A stretch of 64,000 nt of DNA from Promethearchaeota archaeon (GTDB taxonomy: Archaea > Asgardarchaeota > Lokiarchaeia > Sigyniarchaeales > SOKP01): NCBI GenBank assembly GCA_016840165.1, contig JAEOSU010000070.1:1-64000 (forward strand). The letters run 5' to 3'. The first letter of the stretch is position 1, and every line of letters starts with the position of its first letter. The position numbers and the translations under genes were made by a program. Below the pieces are notes generated by a model. The model did no database searches. It was not told where the DNA came from and worked only from the letters and a program-made list of their open reading frames with translations. This document shows positions 1 to 10,000 of this stretch, piece by piece.

Positions 1-2
1 AA

Positions 3-182
3 AATAAACTTCACATCTGGAATCCACTGATTTACGATACTTGTGCGCTTTATGATCAAGAAAAAGATATTTATCGTAGTTTTCATGAATGTTGCAGAAG
101 AACTGCTCTTTATCAAATTTATGGTGATGGAAAAGCCCCTCTTGATGGAGACTTTTCAGATCCTTCCTTATTAATTCGCTAA
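3..182 (+). CDS. 3' end of a gene truncated by the window edge (hypothetical)
   Basis: Open frame NKLHIWNPLIYDTCALYDQEKDIYRSFHECCRRTALYQIYGDGKAPLDGDFSDPSLLIR ends with TAA at 180-182, convergent with the next gene. Confidence 0.6.
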   Translation, partial: NKLHIWNPLIYDTCALYDQEKDIYRSFHECCRRTALYQIYGDGKAPLDGDFSDPSLLIR

Positions 183-212
183 TCTTTTAATAATTATTAA
201 AATTGGATGAAG

Positions 213-968
213 CTATTCTCTCCTTAATAGTGCATCCATCCATTTAGGGAGAATAAATCCACCATAGAATTCGAAAGCTGCGATAATTAATAGAACTCTA
301 GTTGCTACAACCATGATTGAAAGAATTGGATCAGTTGGATCCTCAAAAATTGCCCCCAATAAAGAATCTAAAATCGCAGCCACCGTAAATGTTATAAACG
401 CAGCGCGTAATAACTTTCCTTTGAGCTTTATATCCTTGTCTTCTGATTTGACTGATCGTTGAGCAAATATTATCCCAGTTATGAACATTATTACAATTAC
501 AACTAATAGATATATAGTAATCAATATCCCAAAATCCACAGTAAAAGGTCTCGCGGGATTAATTATGCCAATTTGATCTATATCTGTAATGAGCAAGTAA
601 AAGAATACAATTTCAAATGCAATAGATAGAATAATAGTAATACTAATCACTAGTTTTTGCCTTTTTTTACTTATCATATTTGTGTACGCAATCAACCAGG
701 TTAATAGTGCTAAAGGGATAAAAGCGTTTCCAATAATAAAATAAAGTTCTACGGGTAAAGATTCTTGCAGAACTAAATTCATAATAAAACTAATTGAATC
801 TGGAAACCAAGGATTTGCGACTCCGATCCATGAAAGCCCTACAAGAATATAGAGATTGGATTTATACTTAAAATATTTCGAAAGTATTTTAAAACCTAAT
901 ATTAAAGAGATTAAGACAAATAATAAGCTAAACAAACCTTGTAAAAAATCAACTAATTCTAAAGCCAT
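213..968 (-). CDS. Polytopic (~7 TM) membrane protein, unknown function
   Basis: About seven hydrophobic segments. The probable start is ATG at 968, 5 nt after a GGTGA RBS; the ORF track starts at GTG 977. Confidence 0.8.
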   Translation of the reverse strand: MALELVDFLQGLFSLLFVLISLILGFKILSKYFKYKSNLYILVGLSWIGVANPWFPDSISFIMNLVLQESLPVELYFIIGNAFIPLALLTWLIAYTNMISKKRQKLVISITIILSIAFEIVFFYLLITDIDQIGIINPARPFTVDFGILITIYLLVVIVIMFITGIIFAQRSVKSEDKDIKLKGKLLRAAFITFTVAAILDSLLGAIFEDPTDPILSIMVVATRVLLIIAAFEFYGGFILPKWMDALLRRE

Positions 969-1067
969 TAATTTCACCTACTAATGTATTAAATAATAAA
1001 TTTAATTTAAATTTTAAAGAATATAAAGTTTTTTTAAACTAGTACCGTTAAACTAGATTGATACTAT

Positions 1068-2150
1068 TTAAATAACCGTGTAATTTAAAGAAGAGGGACT
1101 AGCTTTAAATGCATTTAATAAATATTGTAAATGTGTCATATATTGATTAACAGAGATTTCTTGCTTTTCATATCTTAAATTCAATTTTTTAATAATATAG
1201 GAGGGGAGAAATTTTACAAACCGAATATCGGAAAGGAGGAATACTATGCCTTTTGACTCAAAAATTATACGTTCTTCTAATAGTTCCGAAAACAACTCTT
1301 CCTTGTTATTTAATAGAATAAGACAATCATTTACCGATAAATCCGTTTTCCGTAAAGATTTAATAAGATTATAAACATCCTTGTCAAGTAAAAAATTAAA
1401 ATGCCTTTTGTTTTCAATTTCTTTGCCATAATCATAGTTTGCATAAAATTTTGCATATTCCTTTTTATATCTTTTAAGAATTTTTTCATCGGTAGTATCT
1501 TTTGGAAGAGATTTCGGAGGAACTCTTACGAATGAAAGATCATTAATCAATAAATAGCATTCTTTACTTCCCGCTACTAGTTGTTTTATGATTAAATTTT
1601 CACGTAAAAAAGAAATAAGTAATAAATCAATATTTACCGTTGAAAAACCATAGGCTTCTCTTAATTTACGGATTAACTCCTCCTTGGAAATGATTCCTTC
1701 TCGTAAAATGCCTAAAATTGTAGATTTAATTTTATCATGAAAGAAATTGATTAGATTCTCACTTTCTGACTGATCAAAATTTTTTATGGTATAAAATGCT
1801 TCAGAGATGGCCCTATTAATTTTATTTGTATTCATTAATTCTAGTAAATTTTTATTAATGGTTGCTAAAATATCAGGGGTAATGATATCAGCATTCGCTT
1901 TTTGAATATCATAGATTAACACAAGGAAATATAATTCATTTTCAAATTCTTGAATCAAGGATATGTATTTCTTATCTTCATCTCCTGGAAATCTTTCTAG
2001 TTCAATCATTGATTTATCCATGTTTAATTCGTGTTGTGCCCAAATCTTTAACATTAATTCCTTTGAAGGATAAGAACTCTGTGGGGGATATTGTATTATT
2101 GGTTCTGGACCTGTACTTTTATTCCAATGGATTATAATGAGTCGCTCCAT
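1068..2150 (-). CDS. uDENN/longin-like N-terminal domain protein with probable winged-helix C-terminal part (NPRL2/DENN-like Asgard protein)
   Basis: N-terminal LIIIHWNKSTGPEPIIQYPP resembles the uDENN/NPR2 hydrophobic-F/W-x3-GP-x4-YP start. The later segment ILREGIISKEELIRKLREAYG..NIDLLLISFLRENLI looks like a wHTH. Confidence 0.55.
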   Translation of the reverse strand: MERLIIIHWNKSTGPEPIIQYPPQSSYPSKELMLKIWAQHELNMDKSMIELERFPGDEDKKYISLIQEFENELYFLVLIYDIQKANADIITPDILATINKNLLELMNTNKINRAISEAFYTIKNFDQSESENLINFFHDKIKSTILGILREGIISKEELIRKLREAYGFSTVNIDLLLISFLRENLIIKQLVAGSKECYLLINDLSFVRVPPKSLPKDTTDEKILKRYKKEYAKFYANYDYGKEIENKRHFNFLLDKDVYNLIKSLRKTDLSVNDCLILLNNKEELFSELLEERIIFESKGIVFLLSDIRFVKFLPSYIIKKLNLRYEKQEISVNQYMTHLQYLLNAFKASPSSLNYTVI

Positions 2151-2289
2151 AACTTAATATCTCTATTTATTGACTAATTGAAGGTTACCTTATAATTATG
2201 ATATAAAAAGGTAAGTTAGATAATTAATAGTATTGATTTTTGTACTAACCAAAATAAAATGATATAAAAAAGGTGATTATAAAGTTATA

Positions 2290-2556
2290 TTAGCAAGAGA
2301 ATAATTCGCTGTATTCTAATTTAATCTTTTCTATTGTCCAAGAAATTAGTTCAACAGCTCTATCACTATTTGAAATTAAAATATTTTCGGACATTTTTCT
2401 AATTATATAATTAGCGATTTCTAAATCTGATTTATTATATTTGGTTTCGCGCTGCTTAAATAAATAATTGAATTCATTTGTCAACCATTCTAATTCATCA
2501 AAAAAATAATCGTCTAACAAATCTTGAAAATCCAAATTTAAATTTTTGCATTCCAA
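2290..2556 (-). CDS. Small hypothetical protein
   Basis: 88-aa helical, acidic ORF with TTG start, co-oriented with its neighbours. Confidence 0.65.
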   Translation of the reverse strand: MECKNLNLDFQDLLDDYFFDELEWLTNEFNYLFKQRETKYNKSDLEIANYIIRKMSENILISNSDRAVELISWTIEKIKLEYSELFSC

Positions 2557-2673
2557 TTACAAAACCCCTAATATACCTTTATTATTATACTCACATAATA
2601 AAATTCCGACAATAAAAAACTATCTAAAACCAAAAATGATCTTTTCTGATATTACGAACAATATTATTTAAAG

Positions 2674-2847
2674 TTACAATTCAGATTCTCTAAAGTGTAG
2701 GCGGGTTATTGCCTTGCTTAGTTCCCATATGGATTGTACGTTTTTTGTATGTAGTGCATTATTTAATTCTTGATATAGTTGCGATAAGTTTAATTTTTCA
2801 TAATGTTTTGTATTGAATTGAGTTGTACAGTCATTATATTCACTCAT
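2674..2847 (-). CDS. Small hypothetical protein (57 aa)
   Basis: An ATG at 2847 gives MSEYNDCTTQF...HFRESEL and avoids overlap with the upstream gene; the ORF track extends it to 2943. Confidence 0.45.
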   Translation of the reverse strand: MSEYNDCTTQFNTKHYEKLNLSQLYQELNNALHTKNVQSIWELSKAITRLHFRESEL

Positions 2848-2896
2848 AGGCAAATGAAAAACAATTGAAGTAAAAAAATCACATAATATCCCAATA

Positions 2897-3745
2897 TTAT
2901 GGGGTTGACTTTTTTCCCTTCTCATATCTCCTTCCAATAACATAATAAATTACAAATAATAATGCCAAAACACCTAGAATTATGATAAGTATGATGTTAA
3001 AGCTTAAAGAAAGATTGTCTATGACCTCAATGGGTAGTTTTTCAAGATCAATAGGCGGAGAAACCCCATAGGAACTTATTAATAAGAAGCCCAACCAAGA
3101 ATAAAAAAAGGCACGAGGGATTGAGCCAATAAAGGAGCCAATGATGTACTTCTTAAAATCCATATCTACAAGTCCTGAAGCATAAGAGATAGGATCAAAA
3201 GCCACAACTGGCAAAAACCGAGCGATAATTATCGCACTCATACCATATTTATGTATAAAATGGTCTGCCATATTAATAGCGCTCTTTCCAACCAATTTTT
3301 CTGCAATTGGACGTCCTCCTTTTTTACTGACGTAAAAGCATAATGAAGCGGCAGCCATCGAACCAATAACCCCAAAAATTCCCCCTCCTATCACGCCCCA
3401 GATCATACCTGTAGCTAATAAGACTAGCTCAGAAGGTATGGGAACTAATAATCCTTGAAAAGCCATAATTAGAATAAATAACAATATACCGATAAAACCT
3501 AAATCAATGATTGGGTTTACAAAAAAATTAATTACAAGTCTATAAAGGAATTGCTTATCGATGAAAAAGCTATAGTATAGTAGAAAAAGAGATACTACAA
3601 CGAGAATTATAAAGATTACGATGTAAAAGAGTGTTTTTTTATTGTATTGAGAAAAATTAAAGAGATTTTTAAAGTACCTCTTCAATTTAAATGAAAATGA
3701 TTCTTCCTGTGGTTCTTGACCGTTATTTTCTTCCATCATAATCAA
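2897..3745 (-). CDS. TVP38/TMEM64 family (DedA/VTT, SNARE-associated) membrane protein
   Basis: VPIPSELVLLATG, ARFLPVVAFDPISYASG and GSIPRAFFY motifs. Confidence 0.9.
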   Translation of the reverse strand: MIMMEENNGQEPQEESFSFKLKRYFKNLFNFSQYNKKTLFYIVIFIILVVVSLFLLYYSFFIDKQFLYRLVINFFVNPIIDLGFIGILLFILIMAFQGLLVPIPSELVLLATGMIWGVIGGGIFGVIGSMAAASLCFYVSKKGGRPIAEKLVGKSAINMADHFIHKYGMSAIIIARFLPVVAFDPISYASGLVDMDFKKYIIGSFIGSIPRAFFYSWLGFLLISSYGVSPPIDLEKLPIEVIDNLSLSFNIILIIILGVLALLFVIYYVIGRRYEKGKKSTP

Positions 3746-3835
3746 TTAATTATAAAGCTATATGTAATTTATTTAATTTAAATAGGTTTAAAAACTATAT
3801 TTTTTAAAGATTTGATGTCAATAACGGTGATTTAA

Positions 3836-4576
3836 ATCCCCTATATTTTTGGTCATCGTGGTTTTATGGGTAGATATCTTGAAAATACGATGGAAGGGTT
3901 TAGAAAAGCGGTAAATCTGGGAGTAGGAATAGAATCGGATGTACAACTAACTAGAGATAATAATTTAGTGTGTTTTCACGATAAATCTTTCAAAGTTGCT
4001 GGAAAATGGCATGACATTTCCAAAATGAATTTAGAAGAAATAAGAAGTCTTAAATTTGTCGATAAGAGAGTAATCCCAACAGTTCCCGAGCTTTTACAAA
4101 CATTTATGAATGAAAACTCGAACCTCCGATTTAGCTTTGATATCCGAAGCAGTTTAGTAGGTATAAAATTGATTAATCTAATTCTACAATATAATCTATT
4201 ACATCGAGTCGAAATAACTGATAGAAGATTACCAATACTTAAAAAATTAAGAAAATATCACGAAGAAGCGAACTTGGTTCATACTGTTCCAGAAAAGATT
4301 AAAAATTTTGACGATAAAAAATTAGACTTTGCCCTTTTAGAGGAATTGAAGATTGACACATTAAACATCGTCTCATGGCGAGCGAATCCTAAAAACCTAA
4401 AATCTATTATCGATAATGGAATTAATTGCTATGTTTGGGGAGTCAATAATAAAAGCAGGATGAAACGTTTATTTTCTTTTAACTATCAAAATAAAGGTGT
4501 TAGTGCGATTTATACTGATTATCCAGATACTGCGTTAAAGATAGAAGCACAAATTTTAGGAGAAACATTAAAATAG
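3836..4576 (+). CDS. Glycerophosphodiester phosphodiesterase
   Basis: ENT..F, IESDVQLTRD, CFHD, IPT, VWGVN and IYTDYP motifs. The catalytic (G)HRG lies in frame upstream of the first ATG (3866), so the start is probably near 3836. Confidence 0.85.
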   Translation: MPYIFGHRGFMGRYLENTMEGFRKAVNLGVGIESDVQLTRDNNLVCFHDKSFKVAGKWHDISKMNLEEIRSLKFVDKRVIPTVPELLQTFMNENSNLRFSFDIRSSLVGIKLINLILQYNLLHRVEITDRRLPILKKLRKYHEEANLVHTVPEKIKNFDDKKLDFALLEELKIDTLNIVSWRANPKNLKSIIDNGINCYVWGVNNKSRMKRLFSFNYQNKGVSAIYTDYPDTALKIEAQILGETLK

Positions 4577-4634
4577 TTTGAAAAATAACGTCATTTACAT
4601 ATAAAATACTAGGGAATTAGAAAAAGGTTAAAAA

Positions 4635-5435
4635 ATGAATAAAAGAACATTTCAGATATATTTAGGAATTGTAATTATCTCATGGGTTATATTAGCTATT
4701 ATATTTGCTTTATATGATTTGGAAATTTCAATTTTTGTAGTAAGCGAGGCATCATTGTGGGGAAATTTTGGTGCTGACTATGGAGAATATCCTGGATATG
4801 CTTTCATAGCTTTAGGACTTTCAGCATATATTGGAGGCTATATAAAAAACCTTAAGGCACAAAAGATTCCCGCTTATCTCGCAATTCTTTATGGAGGCAT
4901 CATGTTATCTATCTCACTTCTTGATCAAAATCTGAGAAAAATAATTGAATATTTGATGATTATATTTTCTGTCATCATTTTTATAATAGTCAATTGGAAT
5001 ACAGACTTGAGTAAATATAGGAAGATTAGCGGTATCATTTCATTTCTTGCTATAGTAAATCCGTTATTATTCGTTCAACTGGTGAAATTATTTTGGGGGC
5101 GAGTTCGTTTTAGAGATTTAGTCGCGGGCTATTCAAATTTTACTCCTTGGTTTATTCCTCAAGGAATAACAGGAAATTTTAGTTTTCCCTCAGGACATAC
5201 CGCTATGGGATGGATGTTTTTACCACTTCTTGTAATAGTTCGAAAGCGAGAGTGGAAAGATCCTATAAAAATTCTAATAATTATATTAGTATTAGGGTGG
5301 GGTATATTTGTCGGACTCTCTCGAATAGTTGTTGGTGCTCACTATGCCTCTGATGTATTATTTGCATCCAGTGTGGCTGCTGTTACTACCTTGCTCTTAT
5401 ATAACAGGTTTTTCCTAAGCAGAAAAAATAAATAG
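4635..5435 (+). CDS. PAP2 family membrane phosphatase
   Basis: K-x3-GR-x-R, SFPSGH and SRIVVGAHYASDV motifs. Confidence 0.9.
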   Translation: MNKRTFQIYLGIVIISWVILAIIFALYDLEISIFVVSEASLWGNFGADYGEYPGYAFIALGLSAYIGGYIKNLKAQKIPAYLAILYGGIMLSISLLDQNLRKIIEYLMIIFSVIIFIIVNWNTDLSKYRKISGIISFLAIVNPLLFVQLVKLFWGRVRFRDLVAGYSNFTPWFIPQGITGNFSFPSGHTAMGWMFLPLLVIVRKREWKDPIKILIIILVLGWGIFVGLSRIVVGAHYASDVLFASSVAAVTTLLLYNRFFLSRKNK

Positions 5436-5452
5436 AGAAAGTTTTAGATAAA

Positions 5453-6118
5453 ATGAAACAAGTTACTGATCACGTATATCATGTAGGAGATTCAGGATGT
5501 TCAGTGTTCTTAATTGATACTCATCCAGAAGATGGCTTAATTTTAATCGATTGTGGGATGAGTTTGGAAATGATTAAAAAAAGTATCACTAAAAGTGGAT
5601 TGAACCCCAGAGATATACAGCACTGTATTCTTACCCATTTTCATATCGATCATATCGGCGCTTGCCATGATTTAAAGATGTATAACCAAAATGTAAAATT
5701 TTATGCTCATGAATTGGACGCAAAAGCAATTGAAGAAAAGGGACACGACCAGAAGACTGCTGCTTCATGGTATAGCGTTGATTATATCCCAGTTAGTTTG
5801 GAAAAGAAAATAACACAAGAAAAAGAAATATTGCATTTTGGAAATTATGATTTTCAATGCATCCATACGCCAGGACATACTCCGGGATCAATATGTGTTT
5901 ACATAGAAATTGATAATAAAAATATTCTATTTGGGCAAGATATTCACGGTCCATTTTATCCAGCGTTCGGATCTAGTCTAGAGGATTACCAAAAATCAAT
6001 GAATAAACTGTTAGGTTTGGAAATTGATATCCTTTGTGAAGGCCATTTTGGTATTTTTCGACCCTCAGAAGAAGTTTATAAATATATTAAACGACATATG
6101 AATCTCAACAAACCATAA
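5453..6118 (+). CDS. MBL-fold metallo-hydrolase (glyoxalase II-like)
   Basis: LIDCG, THFHIDH, HTPGHTPGS, GQD and EGH motifs. Confidence 0.9.
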   Translation: MKQVTDHVYHVGDSGCSVFLIDTHPEDGLILIDCGMSLEMIKKSITKSGLNPRDIQHCILTHFHIDHIGACHDLKMYNQNVKFYAHELDAKAIEEKGHDQKTAASWYSVDYIPVSLEKKITQEKEILHFGNYDFQCIHTPGHTPGSICVYIEIDNKNILFGQDIHGPFYPAFGSSLEDYQKSMNKLLGLEIDILCEGHFGIFRPSEEVYKYIKRHMNLNKP

Positions 6119-6209
6119 TTTTGATTGCCATCATTAAGAATAGGATAATTTTAAAAAATTTTATATGTTAATAATACAAGAGTTATCTATTGGAAATTAA
6201 GATGATATT

Positions 6210-7046
6210 ATGCTGTCTCTAATTTTTCAAGATTTTAACGAAGCATGGCGAAAATTCGAGTATGATTATATCTTTATTGATGGTATTTTCTTTTTATTGT
6301 GGTTAGGTCTTCTAATCAAAAAGAAAAAATGGAAGCCAATCAAATTTGGCGTTATTACAAGTATTATTGTATATTTCATTGATGCTGTGTTTTGGTGGAA
6401 CCTCCCAGCTAATGCTAATTATCCCCCTGGAACCACGATTAGAGAATATTGGATTGGTGGAGTAAAAGTTCCCAAAGCATTAGGTGAGTATTTTTGGCCT
6501 AAAGCGGGAGCTGATTTTATGATGTGTATTAGTTATTCAATGTTTATCTTTCCGTGGTTATGGATTGTATTCGAAAACTTTGTAAAGAAAAATGCTAAGG
6601 AAATTACCATTTTTACAGGAGTGTTTTTTAGTTCATGGTTTTTAACTCCATTTCTTTCATTTTGGCTTCCGATAAATAATACTATAGTTGAGACAGTAAG
6701 ACATATGGATACTCAAATGATCGCTTGGATTGTAAATGTTATTATAGGGTATACTCTTTTAAGTTTAATTTACGGAACCAACAAATTTGGGAAGAAAAAT
6801 CTAAAATATATCGCTTATGTTTTTATTATAGGATGTTTAGGCTCATTTTTTATGGAATTTCCACTATTTATTACAGGTATACGTCCAACTGGTATTGAAT
6901 TTCTGATTTTTGAAATAATTATTTTATTTAACCAAGGAGCGCCTTATTTGTTTATAGCGTATGATATTGTGCTTCCAAAAGTTTTTGCAATTCTAAAAGA
7001 AAAATTCTCAAAAAAGAAAGAATTACCTGTAATAATAAAAAATTAA
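6210..7046 (+). CDS. Polytopic membrane protein, unknown function
   Basis: About 7 hydrophobic helices; no recognised motif. Confidence 0.8.
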   Translation: MLSLIFQDFNEAWRKFEYDYIFIDGIFFLLWLGLLIKKKKWKPIKFGVITSIIVYFIDAVFWWNLPANANYPPGTTIREYWIGGVKVPKALGEYFWPKAGADFMMCISYSMFIFPWLWIVFENFVKKNAKEITIFTGVFFSSWFLTPFLSFWLPINNTIVETVRHMDTQMIAWIVNVIIGYTLLSLIYGTNKFGKKNLKYIAYVFIIGCLGSFFMEFPLFITGIRPTGIEFLIFEIIILFNQGAPYLFIAYDIVLPKVFAILKEKFSKKKELPVIIKN

Positions 7047-7065
7047 GAATGTTAAAAAGAAAGGT

Positions 7066-10000
7066 TTATTTTAAATTACTTTTAATTATTTTAATGTTGT
7101 TTTTTAAGACTTTATTAAGAGGATGTTTTTTCAAACCGCTGGAATCCAAAATTTCGAGTGCTTCTTCATGTCGGGTCATCGCTTCCGCATAGCTTTTTTG
7201 ATCTAAATAGATTAATCCCATTTTATAGTTAGTATCTGCGATACCCATTTTATCATCCAACTTCTTAAACAAGGAAAGCGCATCATTACACGTTTTCCAC
7301 GCATCAGTGTAGTTCTTCTCGTTTAAATGAACTAAAGTAAGATTATTGAGATATACTGCTTTCTTTTTGTTATCTTTTAGCTTTTCTGCAATTTTTGCTG
7401 CCTCTTTAAACCTTTTTAAGGCAATATCGTAATTACCCTCATCTAAATAGATCAATCCGATATTATTGAGACTTTCAGCTTTTCTATTAGAATTTTCTAA
7501 TTCCTCATCGACTTTTAAGGCTTTCTCGAATGTTTTTAATGCTTGAAGATATTCTCCTTGATCACGATAAATCAACGCAGTATTAAAATAATTAATTGCT
7601 TTCTCTTCAGAAGGACCTAATACCTTAAAGATCTTTACTGCTTTATCATACCATTTAAGGGATGTATCATAATTGCCTTGATCTTGATACACTAACGCAA
7701 TGTTATTTAAAGCCTCAGTCTTTCCAATGAGATCACCCCGTTTTTCAAACAAATCTAATGCTAAATTGTATCGTTTTAATGCATCTTTATAAATACCAAG
7801 TTTATAATAAACTCGTCCAATTTTATTATAGGAAGCTGCTTTTAGATCTAAATCGTCCAGTTGTTTAGCAACCTTTAAAGCTTCATTGTACCATTTCAAG
7901 GCTTCAGAAAAGTCGCGCGAATCGTCATAGATCGAACCAATACTGTCAAAACAGGCATAAATTCCTTCATAGTTCTCGATTTCAACAAATATTTTATACG
8001 CATTTTCATACCATCTTAACGATTCTGGAAATAGCTTTTGTTCTTGATATAATTCTCCGATATCTCTTATGATTTTTGCTTGATTAGTTAGGTTTCCTAA
8101 TTGTTCCTCAATTTCTAAAGCTTCTCGATATCTTTTAAGAACTTCGTCATATTTTTTATGAATAAGAAAGATGGCAGCGATATTTCTAAGCCGCACAGCC
8201 ATTCCCTTGAGATTTGCCAATTGTTCATCTATTTTTAATGCTTCTTCATATGATTTTAAGGATTCGGTATAGATCTCTTCATCATAATGAATATCCCCAA
8301 TACTATTGTAGATATCTGCTTTAGTTTCAAGATTGCCTAATTTCTCTGCAATATAAATTGCCTCATTGAATCTTCTTATAGCTTCGGAATAATGCTTTTG
8401 GGATTGATAAATTTTTCCAATAATATTTAAAATTTCAACTTGATCTTCATAATTCCCTAATTGATCAGCAATAATAAGCGATTCTTCGTAATGTTTTAAT
8501 GCTTCTAACAAATCCCATTGATCGCGATAGATACTTCCAATAATGTTTAAACAATGAGATTTTTTCGTAAGGTTTCCAATTTGTTCTGCTAGCTCAACTG
8601 CTTGCTCGAATTTCTTAAGTGCTTCATTGGATTCTCCTTGATAGTTATAATTTAAGCCAATGTTGTGGAGACTATCAATTTCTCCTTCCATATTTCCTTC
8701 TTCTATGAATATTTCAAGAGCTTCCTCAAATTTATCGAAAGCTTTATCATATGCTCCTTGATCTTGATATATAGATCCAATTTTATTCAATAAATCGGCT
8801 TTTTTTTCCACTAAATTTAAATTGGTAATTATTGAAAGTGCATCTTTATATCTGTTCAAGGCTTCAACAAAATTAGCTTGTTCCTGATAATAATTTCCAA
8901 TATTTTTTAGACTTTCTGCACTTCCTTCAAGACTTTGTATGTCTTCATATATCTCAAGTGCTTCTTGATAATTAATTAATGCATCGTTGAAATCACGTTG
9001 CTCTAAATAAATCTCACCAATTATATTTAATACTTCTGCCCTACCTTTTATGTCTTGGAGTTGATCGTACGTTTTTAAAGAGCTTTCAAGTGTATTCAAT
9101 GCTTTTTCATAATTTCTCTGTTTTTTATATATCAGCCCTATATGTACTTGGACATTTACCATTCCGCTTAACTTTCCAAGATCCTGATATAATTGATAGG
9201 ATTCTTCAAACCATCGCAAAGCTTCATTATACTTGTCTTGTATGTAATAAATATTTCCAATCTGAAGCGTGAAATCTGCTTTCTGTTCATTTAGTTTCTT
9301 CTCTTCAGCAGTAGAATACCCCTCTTCGAACAATTCTAATGCTTTTGGATAATTCCATTGATCTAAATAGATTACTCCAATATTTCTGATTGCTTTTAGT
9401 TTACCTTTTATATTCTGATAACGCTCATAAATTTCTAAAGCATTATCACATAACTCAATACCCTTAACGGAATCACCATTTTGATGATAGACCATCCCTA
9501 AAACATTATAAATAGCTGCTTTTTCGCCTATATTTTCCAAAGTATCATTGATTTCCAGCGATTCTTCAAGATATTCTATAGCTTTATCATAATTTTTCTT
9601 TGATAAGTAGATTTTCCCTATTGCTTTAAGGTTATTAGCTTTTTCTTGAAGGTCATCAGCTTTTTGATTGAATTTAATAGCGCTTTCGTATTGTTTGATG
9701 GCATCTTGATACCTTTCTTGCATGCGATAAATTTTTGCATAATTTTTTACAATTTTAGATTTTGCACCCAGATCTCTAGCTTTTTCAATCTCTTTAGAAG
9801 CTAAATCGAAGTATTTGATGGCTTCAGTAAAGTTGTTTTGTTTTTGATTGATTAATCCAATATATTTAAAAATTGTACTTCTTTGGGTATAATCTTTAAT
9901 TTTAATTAATATCTGTCCCGCCTTTTGGAACCAATCCAATGCTTTTTCATAATCTTCTTTCTCATAATTGATTTTTCCCATCTCTATTAATGTTTTCGAT

